IMG/VR virus record: IMGVR_UViG_3300028175_000001
DNA length: 64,000 bases
Direction: 5' to 3' (one strand)
From: a virus
Lineage: Duplodnaviria > Caudoviricetes
The notes under the pieces were generated by a model. That model did no database searches. It had not been told where the DNA came from and was given only the letters and a program-made list of their open reading frames with translations. Position numbers and translations under genes: made by a program. This document shows positions 1 to 10,143 of this stretch, in pieces (the stretch's first letter is position 1; each line of letters starts with the position of its first letter).

Positions 1-1
1 A

Positions 2-646
2 TTATAGATTTGAAAGAAAACTATTAAACGCTTTTAACTTTACATTCTCTAGTTTAATGGAAGAGGATTTGTTAATTTCTTTTTTAATAAACGAAAGAGC
101 TTTTTCTTTAATAACCCCTGACTCCCAAACCCATTCTTTTCCTTCCATGATTCCTTGAACAAATGCCTCGGGTGCAGAAGGATCAGCAACTATATCAGCG
201 GCTGTTGCTAAATAAAAATCATCTTTTACATATTTTGTTCCACCCTTTTCTTCTAAAGACCCCATTCCCCTAGAAGAAACGCCTAACTGTGCGCCATTTT
301 CAATAAGATTTTGCACAATTTTTCCATATGGAGTGTCCATAATTTTTGCTTTACCAATAACATTATTACCGTCTTCTTCCAGCTCGGTAATCATATGAGA
401 CACCCTTTCTAAATTTATACCAGGACCATCTGGATGCCCCAATTCTCCAAATGCTCTTTTTTTGTTAACATAATTCTCATTATATCTCTGAATTTCTTTC
501 ATAAGAATTTCTTTGGGATAAACTCTTCCATTTTTATTTTTCACTTCTGCCATCATGAACGGTCCATGAATATATAGAGACTTTTTCCCATTGATAGTTT
601 CTGTAATATATTCTATATTTTCTGTAATTTCTGTAATTAATCTCAT
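2..646 (-). CDS. gp21: T4-like prohead core protease
   Basis: Motifs YIHGPFMMAEVKNKNGRVYP, AFGELGHP, GVSSRGMGSL and DIVADPSAPEAFV match the T4 gp21 (peptidase S77) family; head-module context; TAA at 2-4. Confidence 0.95.
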   Translation of the reverse strand: MRLITEITENIEYITETINGKKSLYIHGPFMMAEVKNKNGRVYPKEILMKEIQRYNENYVNKKRAFGELGHPDGPGINLERVSHMITELEEDGNNVIGKAKIMDTPYGKIVQNLIENGAQLGVSSRGMGSLEEKGGTKYVKDDFYLATAADIVADPSAPEAFVQGIMEGKEWVWESGVIKEKALSFIKKEINKSSSIKLENVKLKAFNSFLSNL

Positions 647-655
647 GACTTAGCC

Positions 656-1054
656 TTATTGTCCAGGTGTTTTTATCTTTGTCTTTCTTTTACGTTGCAA
701 TTCTTGATATCTTTTAACTTTTACTAGTCGTTTTGCCATTTTTTTAATTTTGGGTAAAAACTTATCTAATCTTGTTGATATCATCATTTTTTGAGCAGGA
801 GACATAGATGCCATACTTTGTCCTTTAGCAATTCTATTTTTCATTATATTTCTAGCACTTCTCTGAGCCCGTTTTTGCAATACTTTTGGACTAGCCATTC
901 TTCTTAATGCTCTCTCCTTCGCTCTTGTCAATAACTTAGAACGTCTTCTAGCTCGTTGACCCGCTTTCAATCTTTGTTGAAGAGTAAATTTTCTTTCCTC
1001 TAAGGGAACATGTTGATATTCTGATTCATCTTTAAATTCTCTGAAATTTTTCAT
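656..1054 (-). CDS. Highly basic prohead core-type protein
   Basis: Very Lys/Arg-rich 132 aa directly upstream of gp21; N-terminus MKNFREFKDE resembles a T4 capsid-targeting sequence. Confidence 0.6.
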   Translation of the reverse strand: MKNFREFKDESEYQHVPLEERKFTLQQRLKAGQRARRRSKLLTRAKERALRRMASPKVLQKRAQRSARNIMKNRIAKGQSMASMSPAQKMMISTRLDKFLPKIKKMAKRLVKVKRYQELQRKRKTKIKTPGQ

Positions 1055-1371
1055 TTTTTTTGATGATGCTTTCCTAATTTCGAAATTCCCCTATACAACC
1101 CAGATCTCAACGTTTTCTTTCTTTTTAAAGTTATTAATCTCTGTTTTATTTTTCTTTTTCTTAAAGACTGCCTTATTTTCAAATTAGTTTTAGGATTAAA
1201 CCTTTTTCTTTCTTTAGCAGACATTTTTTTAAGGATCTTTTTACCCGCAACTTTTCTATATCCTTTACCGATCAGGCTTCTGCTTTTTCTAAAAATATTT
1301 CTGAACGCCTTTCGTCTACCGCCAATAGTTCGAACACGACTAATTTTATGTATTCTTCTCGCATTTGCCAT
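1051..1371 (-). CDS. gp68-like prohead core protein
   Basis: Basic protein with RVRTIGGRRK...KGYRKVAGK...KMSAKER pattern recalled from marine T4-like gp68; lies just upstream of gp21; 4-bp overlap with next gene. Confidence 0.6.
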   Translation of the reverse strand: MANARRIHKISRVRTIGGRRKAFRNIFRKSRSLIGKGYRKVAGKKILKKMSAKERKRFNPKTNLKIRQSLRKRKIKQRLITLKRKKTLRSGLYRGISKLGKHHQKK

Positions 1372-1377
1372 TTAACA

Positions 1378-1626
1378 TTAGTCCGAATGTGCTATTTTTG
1401 TCGCTTGACCCGTGAAGGTTATGCTATAAGCGGCATCTTTATTAACTTTATGTATTCCTACAGGAAGTTTAATTGTTCCTTTAGACTCCCATGCCGCACC
1501 ATTTAATCCAAGACCCTGTACTTCTACAACTCCAGCAGTTTCTATGTTACACGCAACCGAAGTCGCTGAACCTATTGTATTATTTGCTGGATCTGTTACT
1601 AAAGTTCCAAGTATTTTATAAGCCAT
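1378..1626 (-). CDS. Hypothetical protein (head module)
   Basis: 82-aa ORF tightly packed between neighbours (3- and 6-bp gaps). Confidence 0.6.
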   Translation of the reverse strand: MAYKILGTLVTDPANNTIGSATSVACNIETAGVVEVQGLGLNGAAWESKGTIKLPVGIHKVNKDAAYSITFTGQATKIAHSD

Positions 1627-1629
1627 TAA

Positions 1630-2208
1630 TTACTCTCCTCTGCTTCTAGAAAAAGAAACCATGTTCCAAAAATCTTTCTTACTTTCAAATAGTTTTTTAG
1701 AAAACTCTTCTTTATTTTTTTCATTTAATCTTTTATATGTTTCGTATAAAATTTTTGCATCATCAGGATCAACAATTACTTGAATATCATCTTTTAAACT
1801 TATTTTATGAGATCTTTGTTCTTTATAAATTTGTTTAAGCAATGGAATTAAATCATTAATATGATGAACATCTTCAATCATATCTGCATCATCATATTCA
1901 TATTCTTCATATGGATTATCTTCTGAACCATGTTCCATTTCATAATCAAGATAATATTTTACAGAACTTAAATTAGAACATGCTTTTGAAATTTTATCTT
2001 GTACCCATGTTTCTAATTCAACTTGATCATCAAGCATTTCAAAAAGGTCCTTACTGTATTTATGCACTTTATATAAACTTTGTTTAGCCAGTCTTCCTTC
2101 AAAATCATCATATTTCATTTTCATATGAGGAAATTCATGAGAAATGTTTACAGAATGTTCTTTTATTTCTTTTTTAGCTACTGATGATAAATCTTTAAAT
2201 GTTTTCAT
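1630..2208 (-). CDS. Prohead-associated hypothetical protein
   Basis: EGRLAKQSL...LETWVQDKISKA motif of the kind seen in T4-like head-region proteins; AAGGGG RBS; late promoter 34 nt upstream. Confidence 0.55.
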   Translation of the reverse strand: MKTFKDLSSVAKKEIKEHSVNISHEFPHMKMKYDDFEGRLAKQSLYKVHKYSKDLFEMLDDQVELETWVQDKISKACSNLSSVKYYLDYEMEHGSEDNPYEEYEYDDADMIEDVHHINDLIPLLKQIYKEQRSHKISLKDDIQVIVDPDDAKILYETYKRLNEKNKEEFSKKLFESKKDFWNMVSFSRSRGE

Positions 2209-2242
2209 AACCCCTTGGCATTAAATTGTAATATCTAATTTA

Positions 2243-2250
2243 TATTTATA
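2243..2250 (-). promoter_or_regulatory. T4-type late promoter TATAAATA
   Basis: Exact TATAAATA on the minus strand in the 60-bp intergenic gap upstream of the head-core genes. Confidence 0.75.
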
Positions 2251-2268
2251 TAATCCATGTCCTTTGTG

Positions 2269-2643
2269 TTAAATCATTTTTCCTAAAATCATGCCAAAGT
2301 CATTAGGTAAATGGTAAATTATATTTTTTTCATCTAAAAGTGTTTTAACTTGATCATATATGGATTCATCAAAATCAAAATACCACATATAATCTTCTGC
2401 CCATTGCCCAGCACATGAAACCAAAGAAAGCAATGTTGAATTATTAGCAGTGTGTTTATATTCATTTTTAACATATCCAGATGTAGTAGGATCAAAAGTG
2501 CATATTAACGATGATGTTTGTAAATGTATTTTATGAAAGTCTGTTAAATCTGGAACAGGTTCAATATCACAATCCAATACAAATTCATTATCAACTATTG
2601 TTAATGTTGCTTCTATCTCTATTCCGCTCTCTGTTAAAGGCAT
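2269..2643 (-). CDS. Hypothetical protein
   Basis: ORF-track frame 2269..2655; ATG at 2643 with GGAG upstream and overlap with the previous stop is the more likely start. Confidence 0.6.
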   Translation of the reverse strand: MPLTESGIEIEATLTIVDNEFVLDCDIEPVPDLTDFHKIHLQTSSLICTFDPTTSGYVKNEYKHTANNSTLLSLVSCAGQWAEDYMWYFDFDESIYDQVKTLLDEKNIIYHLPNDFGMILGKMI

Positions 2644-3221
2644 ATTCCGCTCCAAAAATCATCCCAAATAAGTTTATCTGCTGAATCATAAGGTCTAAAC
2701 CATTTATCCCCAACATGCATTTTTTTAACACCATCAAATGGAAGTTCGACCCAAAATAATAAGCGAGGTTTCCATTCTGGATTTAATTTCCAATTTTCCC
2801 AATGAAGAACACTACCTAAAAACGAATCCATTAATAAATCGTCACCTAAATACAAATAATTTATAATTTTACTGCCTAATTTTCTTAACAAAAGAGGATT
2901 TTCTAAAATAACAAAAACAGGTAGTCCATAAGCAGAATCAGGAAGTTCATCTAATGATTGCTCGTTAAATGTATGTATTGTTGCACCTGTTTGTTGTAAA
3001 TCATTCTTAATGGCTCTCATCATCTGAACTGCATGAATTTCATATTGTTCCATATCTAAGTCAGAATTAATATTATTATCAGGAAATAAAGATAAGGATA
3101 CATTCATAAGAAAATGATTAATCGCAATATTAGAACCATTAAGATGTGTAGGATATAAATCTTTTTTGAGAGAATTCGTCCAAGCAGTTTTAAATATTGT
3201 TCTTCGTTCTTCGGGAGTCAT
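2634..3221 (-). CDS. Hypothetical protein; paralog of the hidden frame at 20674..20853
   Basis: 195 aa; residues 111-128 (LLRKLGSKIINYLYLGDD) and 182-193 (DKLIWDDFWSGI) recur in the hidden frame; ATGA overlap with upstream gene. Confidence 0.7.
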   Translation of the reverse strand: MTPEERRTIFKTAWTNSLKKDLYPTHLNGSNIAINHFLMNVSLSLFPDNNINSDLDMEQYEIHAVQMMRAIKNDLQQTGATIHTFNEQSLDELPDSAYGLPVFVILENPLLLRKLGSKIINYLYLGDDLLMDSFLGSVLHWENWKLNPEWKPRLLFWVELPFDGVKKMHVGDKWFRPYDSADKLIWDDFWSGICL

Positions 3222-3718
3222 AATGATATTCCTTTTCGGTCAAAATATTCCGTTATACTATGCATAAAATCATAAATATATGCCCATTTCATATGAAATT
3301 GAGGCCTCCCCTCCTTACTTTGCTGTAAATATTCCATCACGGAACTATTAGGATCAACAGTAGGATATGATGTATATAAATTTTCAAGAAAAGCATCAAA
3401 ATGTTCTTGACCATATTTCGTTGCTAACGAATTATATCCATTTATTATAGTATTTATTCTCGTAGAATACGAATGAATATGATCAGGTCCAGGATGTAAT
3501 TGTTTATCGATATATGTTCGACCTTCTTCTACGGTATCATCTGTATATTGAGTATCATCTATGATAGTCTCTTTTGTAAATCTAATCTTTGATGTTGAAT
3601 GAATTAAACAATGAAGTTCTATTAATAATGTATCATCATCTAGTTCATCTTCCATTTTTAACTTTGACCACAGAGGAGATGTATCTATAGTCGGAAATTC
3701 TTCAGTAATTCTTCCCAT
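3218..3718 (-). CDS. Hypothetical protein
   Basis: 166-aa acidic ORF with AAGGA RBS, coupled to its neighbours. Confidence 0.65.
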   Translation of the reverse strand: MGRITEEFPTIDTSPLWSKLKMEDELDDDTLLIELHCLIHSTSKIRFTKETIIDDTQYTDDTVEEGRTYIDKQLHPGPDHIHSYSTRINTIINGYNSLATKYGQEHFDAFLENLYTSYPTVDPNSSVMEYLQQSKEGRPQFHMKWAYIYDFMHSITEYFDRKGISL

Positions 3719-3727
3719 TTTATATCC

Positions 3728-4621
3728 TTACTTTAATGCTTCCAAAAACCAGTCTATTCGTTTTTCTTCTTCTAAAAGGTATTTAGTAAACGGTTTTGCT
3801 ATTTTACCATATTGGCAACTTTCAATAAAGGGTTTATCTTCTGATAAAATGGTCGGTACAAAGTTTTTCGCACTCGTTTTTATAACGTCCGCCATTCGTT
3901 CATCCATACCTTCTTTATTAAAATATCCTTCATATACTACTGTTGTTTCATTATGTTTTTCGGGAATAAAATAACCAATAAACGTCACAATATCAGAAAT
4001 ATTTGATATAAACAAATTAGGAAATATATAGATATTTTCCCATTTCCATTCATCAATATATTTTTTATATCGTTGAGGTGCTTCTGAAACTATTCGTTCT
4101 AATGAATGTTTTCCATATCTTATTTGTTCTGGAATATGGTCTAATGAAAGAAATGGTTTTAACATATTTTTAGATTCTTTATGTACGTGTTTTACATGCT
4201 GGTATTCTATAACATTTTCAACAAATAATTTCCAATTTGCGTTAATTTTCAACTCGTAATGAAAAAAATGATTATTGGCTTTATAATTATATTTGCGTAA
4301 TAAAGAAATCATTGAAGGATCGTGTTCACCTACAAACAATAAATTTTTATATCTGTAATGAGGATATTGTTTTGCATGAGACTGGTCTTTACCATGATAA
4401 CCACATACAAATTCTTGATTACCATATCCTAGGGGGTGTATTAAGGAAAGTCTATGGTCACAAACATTATCATAAACAGCACCATCTCTAACAACAACTG
4501 GGTGTTTTCCTATAAGAAAACTGTGATAATCATTTTTACGTAATGAACGATACCCAGAATCTACAAACATTCCTTTTAAGAATATTTTTTCTATTTCCTC
4601 ACTAAATCGTTGTTTTTCCAT
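3728..4621 (-). CDS. Rieske [2Fe-2S] non-heme iron oxygenase (ring-hydroxylating alpha-subunit-like)
   Basis: Rieske ligands CDH...CGYH; mononuclear Fe motif NWKLFVENVIEYQHVKHVH; C-terminal EDKPFIESCQ. Confidence 0.85.
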   Translation of the reverse strand: MEKQRFSEEIEKIFLKGMFVDSGYRSLRKNDYHSFLIGKHPVVVRDGAVYDNVCDHRLSLIHPLGYGNQEFVCGYHGKDQSHAKQYPHYRYKNLLFVGEHDPSMISLLRKYNYKANNHFFHYELKINANWKLFVENVIEYQHVKHVHKESKNMLKPFLSLDHIPEQIRYGKHSLERIVSEAPQRYKKYIDEWKWENIYIFPNLFISNISDIVTFIGYFIPEKHNETTVVYEGYFNKEGMDERMADVIKTSAKNFVPTILSEDKPFIESCQYGKIAKPFTKYLLEEEKRIDWFLEALK

Positions 4622-5718
4622 TCTCTTTCAGGGATCATAGGCTTCATAAATTTGTTATAAACCATAGTATCTTCAACACGGGACTGTAAATTAAGAATGT
4701 TTCGTATATCTTTACGTGTTTCTGTAAATTGTGTTTTATAGGGTTCTTGAGAATAATAGTTATAATCTTCAGGAATTAAATGACAATAATTACATGGTGT
4801 ACGGTATGCTACTCGTTCATCTACAGGACCTATTCTATTATGTAAAGTTATAGAATTATCAAAAATACATATATCATTATTTTGCTGATATTTATGGTGA
4901 TAAATATATTCATCTACAAATAATTCTTTGTCTAAATCATCTAAAAACTTAGTTCTCTCTACGGTGCCAGGAGAATAGTGTAGTCCTTTTATTCCTCCAG
5001 GAGATGTAATGACCAGTGGAAGTTCAATCGGTTCAAACGTTTGATTCCACCGAAATAAATCATCTTGATCTTTGTCAATTTCAGGCGCAGTTTCATAATT
5101 CTGATATTTAAAAATGATGGTCATATCATCTAATTCTCTTTTAAAAGAATCTCTTTGCTTCTCGTACCAAGAAGCAGTAGTAGCAAATCCTGTTGAAGTA
5201 CCAACCATTCCTTTTATGCCCATTAAAGCAATTCCTGGATTAAATACAATTGATCCCGGTTCATTAGAGTGCCAAAGCAATTCTCCTTCAGCAAACATTC
5301 CTATGGCCTTTCCGTTTTCTTTTATACCAGATATACGGTGTAGTTGAGATTTCCAAGGAATCTTTTCCCCTATAAATTCATCACCTCCGGCCCCCATCCA
5401 AGCTAAATCTTCTGCATGTTTTCGGTCTTCGTCTTCTATAAGATTACGTTTAAATAGACTATAGAAATTGCTTATTCCCAATTTCTCTTTATATTTTTTT
5501 CTAATCCTATATCCATCTAAAATAAAAGGATCACCCCAAAGAATCATTTTTCGTTCAAATTCATTAGGATGAATATCAACACCTCTAATGATTGTTACTA
5601 AATCAGTAAGATGGTCTTTTCCTAGTTCTATCCAATCATTATCAGACATTTCTGCTAATGATATATCATCTATAAATCGACCATAATCACCGAGTCCGGG
5701 TATTTTACTAGTTTTCAT
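4591..5718 (-). CDS. TauD/TfdA-family Fe(II)/2OG dioxygenase
   Basis: N-terminal IPGLGDYGRFIDDI, LLWHSNE (HxN instead of HxD) and C-terminal DICIFDNSITLHNR typical of TauD. Confidence 0.75.
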   Translation of the reverse strand: MKTSKIPGLGDYGRFIDDISLAEMSDNDWIELGKDHLTDLVTIIRGVDIHPNEFERKMILWGDPFILDGYRIRKKYKEKLGISNFYSLFKRNLIEDEDRKHAEDLAWMGAGGDEFIGEKIPWKSQLHRISGIKENGKAIGMFAEGELLWHSNEPGSIVFNPGIALMGIKGMVGTSTGFATTASWYEKQRDSFKRELDDMTIIFKYQNYETAPEIDKDQDDLFRWNQTFEPIELPLVITSPGGIKGLHYSPGTVERTKFLDDLDKELFVDEYIYHHKYQQNNDICIFDNSITLHNRIGPVDERVAYRTPCNYCHLIPEDYNYYSQEPYKTQFTETRKDIRNILNLQSRVEDTMVYNKFMKPMIPEREWKNNDLVRK

Positions 5719-6515
5719 TGCTTACTCCGTTCATATTTTTCATTTCCCATATCTTCTGCAATGTCTTTTATTATATCAAATACTAATTTCTGAAGATCAA
5801 AATTATACGTAAAGATAAATTCATAATAATTTTCACCCGGTAATGGTGCAGTTCGTAATAATGCTGGTTTCCAAAATCCAGTATTAAAACTTAACGTAAT
5901 TCTATTGTTCGTTTGTAGAAAATTAAAATTTTCATTATCAACCAATTCATTTTTTTCCCAAACTTTATTAATAGCAGTTCTTAAAAGAGCAGTTAAATAA
6001 TTTAATCCATCAATTGAACACGCTGTCCATGTTACATATGCTCTACTCTGTGATGATTCATTAATTAAATGTCCCTCACATGATCCAAAAGTTCTAATAC
6101 CATCAAACACGTTGAAAACATCAACTAACGGCTTAATGCCCGTTTCTATTTCAAAAGTATCATTGGTCACACCTCCTCCCATAGAACCACTAGACAAATC
6201 TTCAGTTGGCAAAAGGTCTAATTCATTAAATAAGGCTATATCTTCAGTAGAATTTATATCTTTCCAATTATAACCAATTTCATATTTTTTAAGAAATTCA
6301 CTAAAAACACTTATTAATAGTTCATATTTTAGATTAGCATGTCCACAAATTAATACATATTCTTTTTTTCTTTTCGCTCGTTCAATGTCTTGATCATTAC
6401 CGCTAATCTTATCTACTAATGAAATTAATAACTTATTTAACAGGTCCACTCGAATTTTCGAATCAGGATCATGTACAATAATATAATTCTGTCTCCACGT
6501 ATTAATTGTAATCAT
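5715..6515 (-). CDS. TYW3-like 'SCEGH' protein, paralog A
   Basis: ETGIKPLVDVFNVFDGIRTFGSCEGH resembles the TYW3 N-terminal D-x2-I-x6-N...T-x2-SC-x-G motif; aligns along its length with 16353..17174. CDS is solid, function is weak. Confidence 0.45.
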   Translation of the reverse strand: MITINTWRQNYIIVHDPDSKIRVDLLNKLLISLVDKISGNDQDIERAKRKKEYVLICGHANLKYELLISVFSEFLKKYEIGYNWKDINSTEDIALFNELDLLPTEDLSSGSMGGGVTNDTFEIETGIKPLVDVFNVFDGIRTFGSCEGHLINESSQSRAYVTWTACSIDGLNYLTALLRTAINKVWEKNELVDNENFNFLQTNNRITLSFNTGFWKPALLRTAPLPGENYYEFIFTYNFDLQKLVFDIIKDIAEDMGNEKYERSKQ

Positions 6516-7300
6516 ATTTTTCTCAAAAATTTCTCTATAATAAAAACATTTAAAAAATCTGTCTCATACCATTTATCTGACATTTTCGTATTATATGCAC
6601 TAGGATCATAATGGTGATTATTATGTAACATTGATCCAGTAAAACCAGACAACCATTGCCCGAGTGTATTGTTTGTACTTTTATCTGTAGTTTCAAAATT
6701 ACGATAGCCCCACATGTGTCCTATAGTATTAACTAAACCTCCAGTATGAAGTGTTATAATACTAGGTAATGCAAAAAAGAAAACAGGTATTCTCCAATCA
6801 ATTAATGCAGTTAAAACAAGTGGTGGAACAACTATAGTCAAATAATTTCTATGTAATAATTTTAAGAACGGATCTTTCACAAGATCAGCATACAGTCTAT
6901 GTTCATATATTTCCTGTCTCCAATTAGTAAACCATACATCAAAAGGACTTAAATAATGTGGCGAATGAGGATCTTCAGGTGTGTCAGATTTCTCATGATG
7001 ATATCTATGAAATGCAACCCACGGAAATTGAGTTCCTTGGTATATAAAGATTCCGCATATAGCCATAAATTTATGGGCCCAAGATTTTGCTTTAAAGCTT
7101 CTATGCGCAAAATATCTATGGGCGCCTATTTCTCCTCCTATATGTCGAAACAATATAACTCCTACAAGAGTTAACCACAGCCAGTACCATGAACTATATA
7201 ACAATCCTATTACTGATGCAATATGAAATAAAATCATGAAGCTAAAATATGCTTGCCATGAATTATTATACTTTGAGATAATTTTTAATAAACTTCCCAC
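6512..7300 (-). CDS. Membrane fatty-acyl desaturase (Delta9-like)
   Basis: Three His boxes HRYFAH, HRYHH, HNNHH; hydrophobic segments; GYRNFET motif; GTG start. Confidence 0.9.
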   Translation of the reverse strand: MGSLLKIISKYNNSWQAYFSFMILFHIASVIGLLYSSWYWLWLTLVGVILFRHIGGEIGAHRYFAHRSFKAKSWAHKFMAICGIFIYQGTQFPWVAFHRYHHEKSDTPEDPHSPHYLSPFDVWFTNWRQEIYEHRLYADLVKDPFLKLLHRNYLTIVVPPLVLTALIDWRIPVFFFALPSIITLHTGGLVNTIGHMWGYRNFETTDKSTNNTLGQWLSGFTGSMLHNNHHYDPSAYNTKMSDKWYETDFLNVFIIEKFLRKI

Positions 7301-8003
7301 AATAGTCCCTTTCTTTTCCTGTTACATTTTCATCCCAATTACTAGGATCTTGATGATGATTATTATGCAATCCACTTCCTAATGTTAAATCATTAACCCA
7401 CCAATTGTTTGTACTTTTATCTGTAGTTTCAAAATTACGATAACCCCATTTATGACATACAATATTAACTAATGCCGCGCCATGAATAATTCCTACACTG
7501 GGTATACTAATTAAAAACACAGGCAATCTCCAATCTATTAATGACAATAGTAAAAAAGTTATACCTATGATATAAAAATAATATTTATGGCTTTTTTTGT
7601 ATATCGGATCTTTTAATAAATCAGCATAGTGTTTTATGGGCAAATTAACTTTCCGCCACAATGTTAACCAAACCCTCCACCAAGAAATAATATGAGGTGA
7701 ATGGGGATCTAATTCTTCATCAGAATTCATATGGTGGGCCCTATGCGCTATAGCCCAGGAGATAGGGGAACCATAACAATTAAATATTCCTAATGTTGAT
7801 AACAAAAAATGTCTTATTGGACCTGTCTCAAAAGAGTTATGCGCAACATACCTATGATTACCTATTTCACTTCCAAATTTACCAAACAATAAAAATCCAA
7901 TAGGAATCCATAGATACCACGGCAATGGAGAATATATAATTCCTATTACTGCTAAAATATGATTCAATATCAAAAGTATTCTTACACCTATTTGATGTGT
8001 CAT
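7266..8003 (-). CDS. Membrane fatty-acyl desaturase (Delta9-like)
   Basis: His boxes HRYVAH, HRAHH, HNNHH; start moved to ATG 8003, which forms an ATGA overlap with the upstream stop. Confidence 0.9.
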   Translation of the reverse strand: MTHQIGVRILLILNHILAVIGIIYSPLPWYLWIPIGFLLFGKFGSEIGNHRYVAHNSFETGPIRHFLLSTLGIFNCYGSPISWAIAHRAHHMNSDEELDPHSPHIISWWRVWLTLWRKVNLPIKHYADLLKDPIYKKSHKYYFYIIGITFLLLSLIDWRLPVFLISIPSVGIIHGAALVNIVCHKWGYRNFETTDKSTNNWWVNDLTLGSGLHNNHHQDPSNWDENVTGKERDYCGKFIKNYLKV

Positions 8004-8272
8004 TTTGATAGAAAATCCGCACTCTGTAAAGTTTGTGCTAATTGCTGTTGCCACAAAGTTACATCTCCTGTAACTTTTCCGCGACTTGTTAAATTAAACT
8101 GTTCGGATAAATTATTCAAACAGTCCAATATTATTTCTTCTTTCTTATTTTCTGGTTGACCCGCAGTTGCAATAAGAGCAATCCATTCCTGACATCCACC
8201 CGGGTATGAACCATAAATCGTATTTTCAAGTGATGTCTTTAATATTTCACTTACTTTTTCTATATTGCCCAT
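8000..8272 (-). CDS. Hypothetical protein
   Basis: ATG 8272 lies 1 nt after the upstream stop and the TGA overlaps the next ATG, consistent with translational coupling. Confidence 0.6.
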   Translation of the reverse strand: MGNIEKVSEILKTSLENTIYGSYPGGCQEWIALIATAGQPENKKEEIILDCLNNLSEQFNLTSRGKVTGDVTLWQQQLAQTLQSADFLSK

Positions 8273-8273
8273 G

Positions 8274-9050
8274 TTATTCTCCAAAATCATGATAAGTTTG
8301 TTTTTCTGTTATTGATTCTTTCACTCTGATATCGTTCCATTGCTGTTTTGTCATTCCATGTACTTGAGATTCGTGATCTATGTCCATAAACATGATCAAA
8401 CTATGTCGTTCTTTTTTTGTTGAATTTGATACCCTATGGGGAGTAGATTTTAATTTATTTTGGGTCCACCACTGCATAAAATCACCACAATTAACTATTA
8501 TAAAATCATCACCAGGATGTTTTATCAAAGTCCATTCGCCATCAATGCATACTTCATATTCTTCTACAGGATCACATACATGCACTAATGTCAATGTTCC
8601 GAAATCACAATGACTGCCTAATCGATTATTTCCTATTTGATCTTTATAATATTTTACAAATATCAAATCATTACTTGATTTCTCGTGTTTCAGTGTTATT
8701 GAATTAGGCGGCAATTTCATATATTCTTCAATAGCATATAATATATCACACCCAACTTTTATATATTGGCTCCTTATAGTATTTACGCACTCCCAATCAT
8801 CAGACATATTTTTTAGAACAACTCTTTCGTTTGCTTCTCCGGGAAACCTTTTTGAACTTGATCGACCTTCTTCGTACATAGGTAATGTCTTTAAATCCGC
8901 CGCTTTTAATTTTTCACGTAATTGTTCTAATGATCCTTTCATATCAATAAAAGGATTTACTACTAATAAAAAACCAGTATTTTTAAAACTATCTACAATT
9001 GATTTAGAATTCCAATCAGACGAATTAAATACTATTGAACTTGGAGCCAT
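8274..9050 (-). CDS. IPNS/DIOX-type Fe(II)/2OG oxygenase
   Basis: LGSHCDFGTLTL (HxD), VNCGDFMQWWT...STPHRV (distal His) and RHS (RxS 2OG-binding). Confidence 0.9.
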   Translation of the reverse strand: MAPSSIVFNSSDWNSKSIVDSFKNTGFLLVVNPFIDMKGSLEQLREKLKAADLKTLPMYEEGRSSSKRFPGEANERVVLKNMSDDWECVNTIRSQYIKVGCDILYAIEEYMKLPPNSITLKHEKSSNDLIFVKYYKDQIGNNRLGSHCDFGTLTLVHVCDPVEEYEVCIDGEWTLIKHPGDDFIIVNCGDFMQWWTQNKLKSTPHRVSNSTKKERHSLIMFMDIDHESQVHGMTKQQWNDIRVKESITEKQTYHDFGE

Positions 9051-9781
9051 TTTATAAACCTTGCGCCGGGATCGATTTCACCAAAACGATATTTATTTTG
9101 GTCATTATGATGATTCAAGTGCCACCCCTCTCCACCTGTTATCAATGCTATCAATAAATTATTAGAAGGTTCACCATGTCTATGACAATAAGCATTTATA
9201 AGACCGTATCCGTGATTTGCAAATACAATAGGAAGACAATAACCAAATACTAACAATAAAGGATCTATTAAAAAAAATATTAATATGATTAATGCATGTA
9301 ATTTAAGATAATTATCATAAAACCATTTTAAACTAGAATTTTTACTAAGACTTAACCAATCTTTAAGGTCTTCTCTTTCTGTTGGTATATACCTAAATCC
9401 TGCTTGAAACCAACCACTTGTATATACCCACCAAAAACCCTTATGTTTCGGACTATGTGGATCTTTCTCTGTATCGACGTATTTATGATGATCCCTGTGA
9501 ACACCTATCCATACTAATGCGGGTCCAGGATTTCCGAATAATCCAATAATTTGACTATAAATTTCATACCACTTGCCGATCTTAAAACTATTATGAGTCC
9601 AATATCTATGGTAGCCACTTGTGCCAGCAGTTATATGAACAAATTGCCACCATATAAAACTATACAATAACATCCACCATTCGCCATAAATTATTGCGGG
9701 TATAATAACTAAATGACAAAATACATTAATAGACCAAATACTATACCTGTTTAATGTAGCATTTTTTTCTAATGAGCCCAT
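9032..9781 (-). CDS. Membrane fatty-acyl desaturase (Delta9-like)
   Basis: His boxes HRYWTH, HRDHH, HLNHH; GEGWH motif; ATG at 9781 preferred over TTG at 9790. Confidence 0.9.
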   Translation of the reverse strand: MGSLEKNATLNRYSIWSINVFCHLVIIPAIIYGEWWMLLYSFIWWQFVHITAGTSGYHRYWTHNSFKIGKWYEIYSQIIGLFGNPGPALVWIGVHRDHHKYVDTEKDPHSPKHKGFWWVYTSGWFQAGFRYIPTEREDLKDWLSLSKNSSLKWFYDNYLKLHALIILIFFLIDPLLLVFGYCLPIVFANHGYGLINAYCHRHGEPSNNLLIALITGGEGWHLNHHNDQNKYRFGEIDPGARFIKWLQVQ

Positions 9782-10143
9782 ATATAACAAACTCCTACTA
9801 CATATTCATCTGTATCAGACAATGATATTCTTACATCTTGTCTTGGGCCTTTGTATTCTTTCGATACTGAAGCATGTACAACAGGAAATCGAACCCCCCT
9901 GCTTGTCAAATGCATGTAACTAACATCTAATCTTAAATAAGGTGAAGCTATTGCTTTAGAATATGCTTCCTTAACACACCAACATTTAGTTAAATATCTA
10001 GCAGTCATAGGACTGGGCGCATTTCTTTTTTCAATATCTGTTAATATTTTATTAACAAATTTGTCTCCCCATTTATCATATATCTTTTGAATAGGTTCGA
10101 TTGTTTGTAAATCAATACCTATTAAATTTTCTCTAGCAGACAT
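9769..10143 (-). CDS. acpS: Holo-ACP synthase (AcpS-type 4'-phosphopantetheinyl transferase)
   Basis: IGID, WCVKEAYSKA and ISLS motifs, ~124 aa; next to PKS and ACP. Confidence 0.85.
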   Translation of the reverse strand: MSARENLIGIDLQTIEPIQKIYDKWGDKFVNKILTDIEKRNAPSPMTARYLTKCWCVKEAYSKAIASPYLRLDVSYMHLTSRGVRFPVVHASVSKEYKGPRQDVRISLSDTDEYVVGVCYIWAH

